DNA of 64,000 nucleotides from Phallusia mammillata (lineage: Eukaryota). The stretch lies in NCBI GenBank assembly GCA_965637545.1, contig OZ281498.1, forward strand, positions 13,268,001 to 13,332,000, read 5' to 3'. Below are positions 1 through 10,960 of the stretch, one piece after another. The notes under the pieces were generated by a model. The model was not told where the DNA came from, made no database searches, and worked only from the letters and a program-made list of their open reading frames with translations. Position numbers and translations under genes: made by a program. Within the stretch, counting starts at the first letter, position 1, and each line of letters opens with the position of its first letter.

Positions 1-335
1 CTAATTTATAATTCACGTAAACGAAAAATTTATTTTGAAAAATGAAATGTTTACCTGTGATCAAAAGCATTTATCTATTTTAGACTGTTGAATCGACAAC
101 GTCATTGTGTTTAATAAAAATCTAATATGCTGTACAAATTTGTGTGCTGAGTATACTTGCAGCAATTACCAGTGCAAAGTTTTTCTAATAAGATGTGACT
201 TTTGGTAAAGGATGCATAAGTTTCCATTTTTACGCGAAATTCAGGTCATGTAACAGTTTTGCACAGTAAAGAATATTTTCCAGTTCTTAACCCGATTTTT
301 GTCGTTTATACAGATATACTGATACACATAGCAAA

Positions 336-2144
336 ATGAGGCCTTTTTATTTCGACGTATATGATACGTGCCTACAATGCTTGCTCATGTCACTCCTGGT
401 GAAATCTCAAACTACAGAATCCAGTTCAGCAAAAGACTCACAATTTCCCAGTGCCGATCCCACTGTTGCCTTGGAAGGACAATGTGTTGTTGTATGTGAC
501 GCTGTTAAATCACAAAGAGTTCAGACACAGGCAAATTTTGCCCAAACTCCACCCGCTGTAAGAAGGATAGCATTTTCGGTACAGAAAAATGCAAATTTGG
601 GACTGCCGCGCAATTCTAATGGAGGGGATGGTCCTGTTGTGGTAACATTTGATTACATGTTGCTAAACATCGGAAATGCCTTCGATTCTTCAAAAAGCAC
701 ATTTGTACCTTCCGTATCTGGCGTGTATTCGTTGGTTTTTAACATCTACAAGCTGTTCAATAGGGACCCCGTAACAGTGGCTCTAACGGTAAGCGGCAAT
801 ATTCATTTTGACTACAAACAAAACAATCCGATTTTTTGTAAGCAAGGAACAAAACTTGATTTGTAGGACATTTTTCTGGATTTGTAAAAAAATCATCTGT
901 GTTACTTTATAATGCCAAGAATCCGGTATAAAGGCGCTTAAATACGGTTTGTAAATACCAAACTTAAGCGCTAATGTACGATAAAATGTAAAGGCAAACA
1001 TACTCTTTTACAAACACTTGCAGTTGCACATTTCTCAAATAAATGACCTTTATTAGAGCTCTTTACGTATAGGTAGTCGCAACATCTTGTTAAGGTGTGT
1101 ATTTCATAAACATACTTTACTTGTCTAGACCCCCTAGATAATTAAAACTATAGTTCCGTTGAGGTAGAGCGGGGTAAATGCTCTATCAAATTTTAATTTG
1201 GGATTTAGGCGTCGCGTGTGAAAAGTTTCACATTACGAGACAGTGTTACCTGGCTCGCATTTTACCAGTTTAAAAATTCATGTGTCGTGGTTCATGTGCT
1301 GCAACCGGCAAACAAGCCTACAAACTCCCGTCGGTGATGTCATTTGAAATTGCTAGCTCGCATTGACTTAAAAACAATATATTTAGGATTAAGTTGAACC
1401 ACACATAGTATAGAGCGGTATCAGTTTTCTAATATAATGTTGCTTGAAGTGTATCGCAAAATTATCGAAGGTCAAAACGTTTGTGAAACTTTAATAAAAA
1501 CCAAATTGCCAGCGATGTAGAATGAAACGCTACTATTTAAGTCCGTGTCGTGTGTACCTAAGTTTGTGAAACGTTCATCAGAAAATCAGTGGTTTTGACA
1601 GTACGTTACAGTTAAGGCTCGCCATGTTGCTACACAAAACCTTGATATATTTAGGTTAATGGCATTCCAGAAGAGGTGCAATACCGAATTAAGCCAATCT
1701 TTAGGGAAATCAGACAAATTACACATATAGCCTAAAGCCTACACTAAAACACATTCTTTGGTGTCAAAAGAAGCATTCTCTTTAAAGTAGTTGAACATAT
1801 ATATACTCGACTTAGACAAACAACATGCGGCTGCAAAAAGCTGCTTGTTTAGCGAACTCGGCTCGAGGATTTCCATTAAGATTGACAAAAACACAGACGC
1901 CTAGTAGGCTACATGTCTAAATGTGTATTGATTCTTGTCTTGTGTTTCGCAGATCAATGGAGTCGTCCTGTTTACGGGGTTCGCCGATGATAAATCAACT
2001 CCACCACAACTCGCACACAATGGCGGCCTAGTCCATCTCGATGTAAACGACCGAGTTCGAATCGAGATCGTGAAGGGAAATTTGGATGGGGGTTGGCAGC
2101 ATTCCACATTCTCTGGACATTTAGTGTTTGAAGATCGTTATTGA
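336..2144 (+). CDS. Cerebellin-like secreted C1q-domain protein, 2 coding exons (336-788, 1953-2144)
   Basis: Phase-0 intron ACG|GTAAGC ... TTTCGCAG|ATC. Spliced protein has LEGQCVVVCD, IAFSV, FDYMLLNIGNAFD, GVYSLVF and KGNLDGGWQHSTFSGHLVF, matching Cbln1 motifs as recalled (LEGKCLVVCD ... GNLMGGWKYSTFSGFLVF). AATAAA near 2192 and 2340. Confidence 0.88.
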
Positions 2145-2714
2145 TTTTATTGTTTGGTGACATCTTTCCAATCTGTGTGTTAATTGACGCAATAAACGAA
2201 AAATATTTTCGAGAGCTGCCATCGGACACGAAAGCCTTATCGAAGAAATATTTTCCTTGTGCAACAACTTGGCTGCATAAAAATACCATTTTTGTCAGGA
2301 TGTTACATAGGCAGTTTTTATTGCTTCAGGTTAGAAACAAATAAAGGAATACAAAATGAAGGCAACTTGCACCAACTGACGCAACCCATAACATTCGCTG
2401 CGTAAGCTGATTTTAGCCTTCAAAATCATGTTTTGGCAAAATAACAAATCTAATGCCAGTCTGTGCAAATAATCTATTCCACTGTGCCGCTGGCTCAGAC
2501 ATAAAACGGAAACCGAGATTTGCATCTCAAATTATCAACCCTAATACGTTTAACTGTTTCATTGTGACGTAATAAGCAAACCTAATACCTAGTGTCAAAC
2601 TTGCATAGTTTTTCAGATTGAAGTTTGTGCGCCTAAGGATGTGATGTAAAGTGTATTCAAGTTGATCAAAAGCATGTTCTTATATCCGCCTAGACTAAAC
2701 CTGTTTTTAATTGC

Positions 2715-5700
2715 ATGTTATTCGCAATGTATAGAAAACTGTTGCAACGTATTAAAAAGAGCTACAAAGATGTCCAAGCGTCAGTCCGTTCATTACAAGC
2801 GCCTGGACGACAACCAACCGAAAAGCTTAAATACCATGATAACCAAGAAGCGAAAAGTTCGATTTGCGAAAAAAGGATACAAACGACTTACTTAAAAGTA
2901 CAGGATGCAGCTACGTCTTGTCAAAGTTTATGTGAGTGCTTCTTGTTTAACAGTACTTGAAGTCATTTGCAAAGGGCGTGTACAAATATTTCAGCAAAAT
3001 TGTACGTATTTCTGTACGGCTTCATTTTTTGAATAGATTCCAATGTATCAACGCCAAACACGGAAGACTCGTGGAAAACCTTGCTCTCAAGTCATAATTA
3101 TAAAAATTGGCTTAAAGTTGGAATGGCATTGAGGTATGAACCCCAAAATGGTGCTATAGTTGATCGATTTTAAACATTCCAATGGTCACTCAGTGCGGTT
3201 GAATAGTCAAGTTAGCAATGTTCTACAAAGGGCGTAAAAAAATAAAAATAAATGTGGGTTAAAAGTCGCATTGACGTTTCCGAAGTCTAGAAAGATATCG
3301 CTTTGGATAAACAGATCAATTGACGTGACAAAATAAGAAAACTTAGTTTTTTCGCAGAACTGCTTGTAATTACGTTTCGCCAGTCGTGGAACACATCGCC
3401 AAAATTATTCATTGCTCGTTGCTGGAAAAGTATGGTTCGCATGCTTCATTGCACAATTGGGAAAGGTAAGAAATGCGACCACCTAAAATGACCCTTTGAA
3501 ACAATTATTCCCACATATTTTTAGACGCGACCCTACTGCTTCTAAAAAATATACTTTTTAGAACTTTAGAGCGGGTTGATGCCAAACAAGATTTTAACAG
3601 TGGGTTGACAAATAACGTATGACGTCACAAACAAAATTAACCGTTTCGGGTCAAACAAAATTGTCATTAAATTATATTCTCGCAACAGTTTAAAGCCGTT
3701 TTAAAGTCTCATAGTTTAAGGCAGCAATACTCCTTTGAAACCTTTTTCAGGAATTTTGCATTCTGCATGAGCCTGCCCACATACACATGTCATGTAACTA
3801 AGCGATTTTCGTTTTTTGACAGCTCCATGTATTTACAATCTTCTTTATGAAAAAATTGAAGTGCATTTTTATGTAGAATGTAAAAAAAAACTATTATAGG
3901 GTATATATATACCAAAAAATGTTTTTTATTTCATCACAAAAAAAAAAAAAAACGGTTTGTTCGCACCCATGTATAAATATAACTTAACAAACTAATCCAA
4001 AGCCTTATTGTGGATGTTTTATCTAAAGGGCAGAGCATTTTTCAACATTTACTTGCTTTTGTGACTTAATATGTTTTTTGTTCAGTTTGTGACATCATAA
4101 ACACAAAATTGCTTTGCGAGGTATATCTCCTAATTTGCAATAGATTTGCATTGCACCCCCATGGGCTAAAGTCCAGCCGCTGAACAGAAACATTTTTGAC
4201 AACACTTCACAGATGAGAAAAAATGAAAATAAATCTCAATTAAACTTTGAAGCACTTGAATTGCTACATTTTGATTGGAAGTGTAAATAAAGCCCATTTT
4301 TAAAAATTTCCATTTAGATGTAGGGAGAAATGGATCAAAGACGTGTTTCTACTCCACAATCGCCCCCCTTCTAAATCCGCATTGTCACGAATTTGCAATG
4401 TCTCGGAGTGGCCAACGCCCCGAGGACAATGGGAAATTGCTAAGGTAAGGAAAAAAATTAAAGGTAAAGATCATTGCTTAAGTAGTATACCACAAACATT
4501 CTACCATTTTTCTCATACAGTGAACAATACACTGATAATGGATAAATAAGCTGTTGCTGCAAGGCATAGTCTAATAATTTATTAACAATTATTGCTCTTC
4601 CAGCAGATTTTTATCTGTAAAAGTAATTGGTTCGACGTCCCATACACTTCAAAAATTTGATTACTTTTTTAGGTTTTCATGGCAAACGGCTTTGACCCAG
4701 GTGGAACATCGGAGGGAGCATCCACGTTCGATGCCTCAGCACTCTTCAACTTTTTAATGCGATGTCGTCTTGTTAATGATTTTGTGGATAACTTTGATTA
4801 CGTCCGTGGCGTTTTGAAGGTAAAGGTTTAACGCTTTTTAAACAATGTCAGAAGTTGACACTGGTCACTTCAACGACTTATTTCTGGTTAATATAGACTT
4901 GTGTCAAGATCTGGTTGTGCAGAAATGTTTTTTTTTTTTTTCGAAAAACAACTTTTTTATCACTTAAGGCTGACAAGGAATTATTTACAAAGCACAGGGC
5001 AAAATTTGCATTAAAAGGCAGTGAAGTGATACCGTATTAATACCGTAAAATCGTAAGCCCGAAACTGGGGGCGTACCCGAAAACAAAACCAGTTGGGTCG
5101 GAAAGTTATTTTTTCTAAGTTGGAATTACGACACAAATGTGGAAGAATGTGATGCCAATGCAGTACGAAGCAACTGTCCAATGTGTTAAGGTTCGAAACA
5201 AAACGATGCACTGCCCGCGTTTCGAGTTTACTGACGAGGAAAGAGACGAACAGTTCGAGCACATTCTGGCCCTGTTTCAAGATGAAAGACTTAAATTTCA
5301 CGTCGATCAGTCACTTGACTCCTCAGCACTAATGAGAGATATTCTTGACGTAAGGCGCCCTCGTATCATATTTAACTTAAAGTGAAAAGACGCGGGTACA
5401 AAGTCCCGATTGGTTGTGATTAAACTTCACTACACAACTTGAAATTTGACCTTATATCGTCATAAAAAATTAATTTTGTGTACTGACCCAATGTGTTGCC
5501 GCAAAATATACCGTTTTCAAAGAAGCTCAGATTTCGCAAACCTATGAACTCTTTTTGTTGTTGTTATTAAGGGGTCTATAGGGGGCACTAGACATCGTTT
5601 GACGTGTGCAGACAAATAATCACTAATAAATACACTGATTTTACTAAACATTTTGTCAGATGTAGGTGTAAACCAGGGGTCGGCAACTTTTTTGGCACTG

Positions 5701-8700
5701 CGGACCGTTTTAAAACTGAAATTTTATAACGAACTGATCTTCAAAAAACAACAAATGTTCAGCAATGAAAAGTTATAACATCTCGTATAAGTTATTGCAA
5801 TTTGAAAGTTTACAGCCCGGTAACGAATTCCTTACCAACCAACATGGTTGCCGACCACTGACATAAACGGTGACCACAATTATAGGCGTTTTAAAGATGA
5901 CGCGTATTTTCTTCAGATTAAAACAGCTGATCTGACCATCAATGCTACAGCTCGATCGACGTTAGAAATTATTGATGGCAGAATTCTTGAGAGTCACGAA
6001 AGCGGTCTAAATCCGTCGGCTAAAACGACATCTTTAGAGGTTTGTGTGGACCGTCTGTATCTGCCCTGACCTTTTCGTCTATTCATAGAACATAGTGAAC
6101 GTTTATTATTTCTTGCAGTCGTTGAAAAAGGTCGCCTCGAAGATTCTATCTCCACCTTACGCCCAAGATGAAGCTAAGATGGTTCAGGTTTGTATATTTT
6201 GCCTAACACGTGTATAGTATATAAAGTATAGGCCTACCATAGTTCGTTGCATCAAAAAGGTAGACACACTGTTGAAACGAGAACGACAAACCTACTTTCG
6301 GGGTCAAAAGGAACAAACGCAAAATATATAGCTATTTTTTGGGCAATCAGATAATATTAAATTGTTTAGATGAAGTTTAACGTTCTGGAACTCATTTTAA
6401 ACAACAATTATTACAACTCACACTAAAAATACGTTTATTGTGCCACAAAACAGTAAGGTGAAAGGCGTATTTTTGCTGTTTGAAAGGCATAAGTGTCATA
6501 AGACATTTGGGCACTATATCAGGTCCTCGCAGGCCAATTTTTTGTTAAATAGAAGGACCTGCTGTCGTCTGAAAAGAGGACTGTTGGTGGGCCCAATGTA
6601 AAAGCTGTAAATAACAGTCCCCTAAACCGCGTATAAACAAGAAATGTTATTTTACTATTACATTATTCACGAGCCGTGATGATGTGTGGAATTAAGTTAT
6701 AATCATAACTTATGTTTTTTTCAATGTTTTGCATTGTGCCTGTTTGAAAAAATTTAATGGCAGATTTAGTGAAAGTCAATTGTGTTTAGTTGCAAAAAAG
6801 CCTTATATTGAATACTTTCTTCTTTTTCGTTTAGATTCCTGGACATCCAAACAAGAGACTTAAAACACTGGATTCCATCCTTAATGTACAGAAATGTAAG
6901 CTAACCTGTTTGCTATCGAAAAATTAACGTTCAAATTTCGAATAATATAGTTAATATTTATGTCATTTTATGCAGTGCTGGCAACCGGAGCAAAGGTTCC
7001 ATTTAGAAGTAAATCTGAAACGACAATTTCCTCACTAGTCAACAGTGGAATTTGGTCTCACATTTATCAAGCTTATCATTTTGCGTTTAATTCTGACAAA
7101 ACCACTTTATATCGACAATTCCACTCAGGACCCAATTCTTCAGTAACAACAAATAAACGCAAACACGAAAACGACGATGAAAACCAACCGTCTGGAAGCA
7201 AACCTAAAAGAAGGCGAGTCGACGAAGATACAGCTGAATGTGGATCAGTAAGTTTTGTCTTTTTTTGTGTATAAATGTTGTTAAACTGCAATGTATTGTT
7301 CCTGATGTTCAACTAAACATTATGAAAGATAATGTTAAACTACGTGCATTAGTTGATGTTATTAACTCCCTTATGACTTCAGAAGCATTAACAGTTGCCG
7401 CTCCGAATGACTCTGGCCGTCAAATCTTTTTACAGTCAATGAAAGTAAAACTTTTTATGGATTGTTGGTTGGGCGAAAATTGGGACAATTTGTAGAATAA
7501 TGTGCCGCTTGTTTTTTCAATGACTGAACTGAATAAAATCCGGTTACTTTTTAACTTATAAATCGAGTATTTAGGCAAATGTTAATCGCTGTGTTTAGCC
7601 ATCTTTTTTCATGGTAGTCTCGTAAAATGCGTCATTTACAAAGTTAAATGTGTGGGGACCCACGAATTTTTGCTTGCAGAAACAAAGTGGGATGTACAAA
7701 AACGAGTTAAAAACAAAATAAATTAGATAATAAATAAACTGTTAAGGTAAGCCATAGTATATGTGCAATGACAACATGTGCTTACCCTTGGCGTTTCTTA
7801 GTTGTCCTTTCAAATTTCGCATTAGGTAACACCATGCGAACGAGTTTAATTTTTAAATTATTATCGTTTTTCTTCATTCTAGAATCTAGACCAGTGGTTC
7901 CCAACCAGGGGGGATCTCCCCACTAGGGGGGAGTTTTGTAATTTGTATTTGTATCACAATAGTAATCTCTTACTGGTTGTCTGTGCTATGTGTTGTTGCT
8001 GCATTAAATTGCGCTTAAACAAAAAATTGCTAAACAGGAAAGAAAGAAAGGTGAAGGCGGATCTGGCGGTGGAGGAAACTATTCCTTGTATGAGGAAATG
8101 TTGAACAACTTTCTTATGTCCCAGGTCAGCGGAACTGAATTTTTAGAATTCTAGAACCATCATTAAAAATTTAACTTTATATTTGATGTGTTTAGACAAA
8201 AAACAAGGGCGCTTCGTACATACATGAAAAAGACAAACACGGAAAGTTTCTGGCCTCAGTTGATTTTGTCTCAAATTTTGCTATCATGGGAAAATACCCA
8301 AAAGAAACAATTCGAGATGCAGAACGCGAAGCTGCAGCAACGGTAACATAATTGAAAATTACCACTCAACTATTAAAATCCAAAACATATAAGCTTAATT
8401 TGCGATTCTGTGTACATTAAGTTCAATGCAATTTAGTGTTTTGTTATTGAAAATGTTTAATGTACAGCGAAAATTTGTTTGTGACCAGCAGTATATTGTT
8501 TAAGAAGATTATTAGTCACAATTTAGTTTAAACAGCACAGTTTAGTTTTGTTTTTGCTTGATTTATAGGCGTTGCAGAATCTCGGAATTAAGGTTTATAA
8601 CAAAGCTGAGGCGAAAGATTTGTTCGATACATATTGCAAAGCTGTTCCGAAAAAGTTACCGACGTACAAGACATACGAGGTCTCGACTTCGCCACACTTC

Positions 8701-10502
8701 ACCATTCTACAAATTTTCAACAACAGCACAATTTACTTTATCGAGGCTCTTGCAACAGACAAGATTTTTGTGCAAGTAAAACGATAGGTTTAAGTTAGTG
8801 ACGCACCGAAGTTTTGAAAATGCCGTTTTAGTTTTGCCCCAAAAGTTTAAAAAACAATGGATATTTCAATTGTTGCTTTTTGGTAGTGTCGGTAAATCAC
8901 TGGTTTTAATTGGTGCCGACGAGCTAGTGCAAATTTGAATTTGTCTGTAGATATGTTAAATGTATTAATAAAAAATACTTTATTTCCATTCGAGTTTCAC
9001 AAATTGCAGGCTAAATGTCGATTAACCGAAAGCAACGAGGATGACGCAGAAATCATTGTAGCAAAAATGGTTCTGGAAGAAGCCCGAATTGACACAGGAA
9101 AACTTGAAGACATTAAAGGCAATTGAAACTGTTATAAATTAATGCAAAAATGTTGTGATAATAAACAAGTTCGGAATAAGTGATTCAGGGACAATGGATA
9201 GATTTATAACTAACCTGTACCTGTACTTTTCAAACTACAAAAACTTTCACAACAAACACGTTTTTCAGGTGCTTTTACTGAATACTGTTTAAAGAACGGA
9301 GGTACCCTTCCAATTTACAACAACAAAGATGGTTTCGACATAAAAACCAATGAAAAATATCAGGAAAGCACAGCAACCTCGTTTATTCGAAACTGTCTTA
9401 CTGACAGGGCTGCATCTCCTGAGGAGTTGGCCGATTTAGAAGTTGACAGTGAAGTCGACTTTTACACTTCCGACCTTCATTATGCAGATCTATTTGAAAC
9501 AACCTCTGTGCTGGTGCGTGTGCTCATAGTGTTACATTTGACAATTGGCCCACGAGGGCCAGAGACAAACGCATTTACGTTGCAATTTTTATCGAACAGC
9601 CACAACGCAGTCGCCGAAAGTCAGAAGAGGCGGCATCACGCAATGCATTGGAGAAATATGGTTTTGATATTTCGCAATGTGAAGGCAGCAACTTTAAGTC
9701 GACGTTAAACGATTACTGCCAACAATGGGACTTTAGTCTCGCCTATCATACCTTTCAAGTAAGCCGCATCGAATTTTGCTGCAGTAAAAATAGCTCCGGT
9801 TGATTCATCGTTTTCTGGTCCAGTGCTCTTCAACATTTGGTTTGGTGAACCCTTAAAGTTGTTGTGACAAACTCATGCACCCTGTTTGGTCTCGACGTAC
9901 ATTAACGAGCAGCCGTATTTTTGATCAAAAACCTTTGACGTAAATTAACGTCAATCCGCACTCTGCGCAAAACGTCTTTTGCGTAGATATACGTCAACCG
10001 CACTAAAAGTGTTAGACATCAACATTTTTTTTAAATACAGAGGTTCATTTATACATCAGTTGAAACCTACACTTTTAATATACTGAAACTCAAATATTAA
10101 TAGTTCATTAAATGTTTGTGATGCACCCATGTATACCTTTTCGTACTGGTGCACCTCATGCATATTTTGGTGCACCATGCACACCAGTTGAAGAGCACTG
10201 GTCTAGGCATCCTTTTTGGGTGGTAGTACCTTTAAGAAGACAAAATACAAAGAAACAAAACGCCACGTCCACTGCGATCCTTATTCGACATTTAGTTAAG
10301 TTAACCGTCATGTTATTTGACACAGGTGAAGCCTCTCGTACGATACGCCAAACAATACGAGTGTGTCGTAGCAAGTCCAGCCTTGCGAGAAAGCAACCAA
10401 GAGTTTAGTGTTGCATGTGATCCAATAGGCTTTTCAACAGCCGGCGAGGCAAGAGAATCCGCAGCCAGAAACTCACTTGCCCTTCTTGGCCAACACACTT
10501 AA
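2715..10502 (+). CDS. CXorf38/DUF4559-like HEPN-domain protein with bipartite NLS and about three C-terminal dsRBD-like repeats
   Basis: Phase-compatible exons: ~2715-2931, 3038-3132, 3358-3465, 4318-4444, 4673-4819, 5191-5349, 5917-6039, 6119-6187, 6835-6895, 6976-7247, 8038-8124, 8196-8342, 8569-~8775, 9010-9118, 9269-9513, 10326-10502. N-terminal motifs NYKNWLKVG, CNVSEWP..QWEIAKVFM, FDASALFNFL and VRNKTMH parallel recalled CXorf38 motifs (EYKNWVKAG, WEVAKAFM, CDAVALLSLI, CRNEIMH). C-terminal helices DAEREAAATALQNLG, DAEIIVAKMVLE and EARESAARNSLALLG resemble dsRBD helix 2. Start codon and the 8569-9268 junctions are less certain. Confidence 0.78.
5674..5860. mobile_element. Degenerate hAT-type MITE in an intron
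   Basis: Ends CAGGGGTCGGCAAC / GTTGCCGACCACTG; flanks GTGTAAAC / ACATAAAC match only partly. Confidence 0.6.
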
Positions 10503-10960
10503 TTTACGACATTCTTACTCAGTACAAACAAGTAAAAGGCATTTTTTATTTTATTTTTGAACAACAAACGTATTGCACAAACAAATTTGAAAGTGACCAA
10601 AGTTAACCAAGCTTGTTCTAACAAAACATGTGATTTCGGTTCAAAACTTTTTTAACGTTGACTTCAAAATTTCAAACAAGATATATTTACAAAATAAAAT
10701 CCACTAACATACAGCAATGAAATGTAATATGCAATCGGTAATGACCAGTCTTATAAGCAAAAGATTGTACTGTGAGATGGTACTGTTTGTGCAACACATA
10801 CTTTCAATTCATTAAATTAATTTAAAATATCATGTGACCTTGCCTGAATGTACACTATAGATGTAGAACCAATATCGGCAACATAACAATAATAGACAAA
10901 ACACATTCATCATATTTGTAACACATATAACAAAATAATAAAAGTAAACAAGTTGAAAAA

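Noticed and set aside
2662-2895. Basic ORF MSKRQ...KKRKVRF with an NLS-like motif
   Set aside because: It stops before the donor; the overlapping 2715 frame is the one that splices in phase to the next exon.
7238-7495. 85-aa ORF followed by AATAAA, as a possible alternative last exon
   Set aside because: No phase-compatible acceptor found and no recognisable homology.
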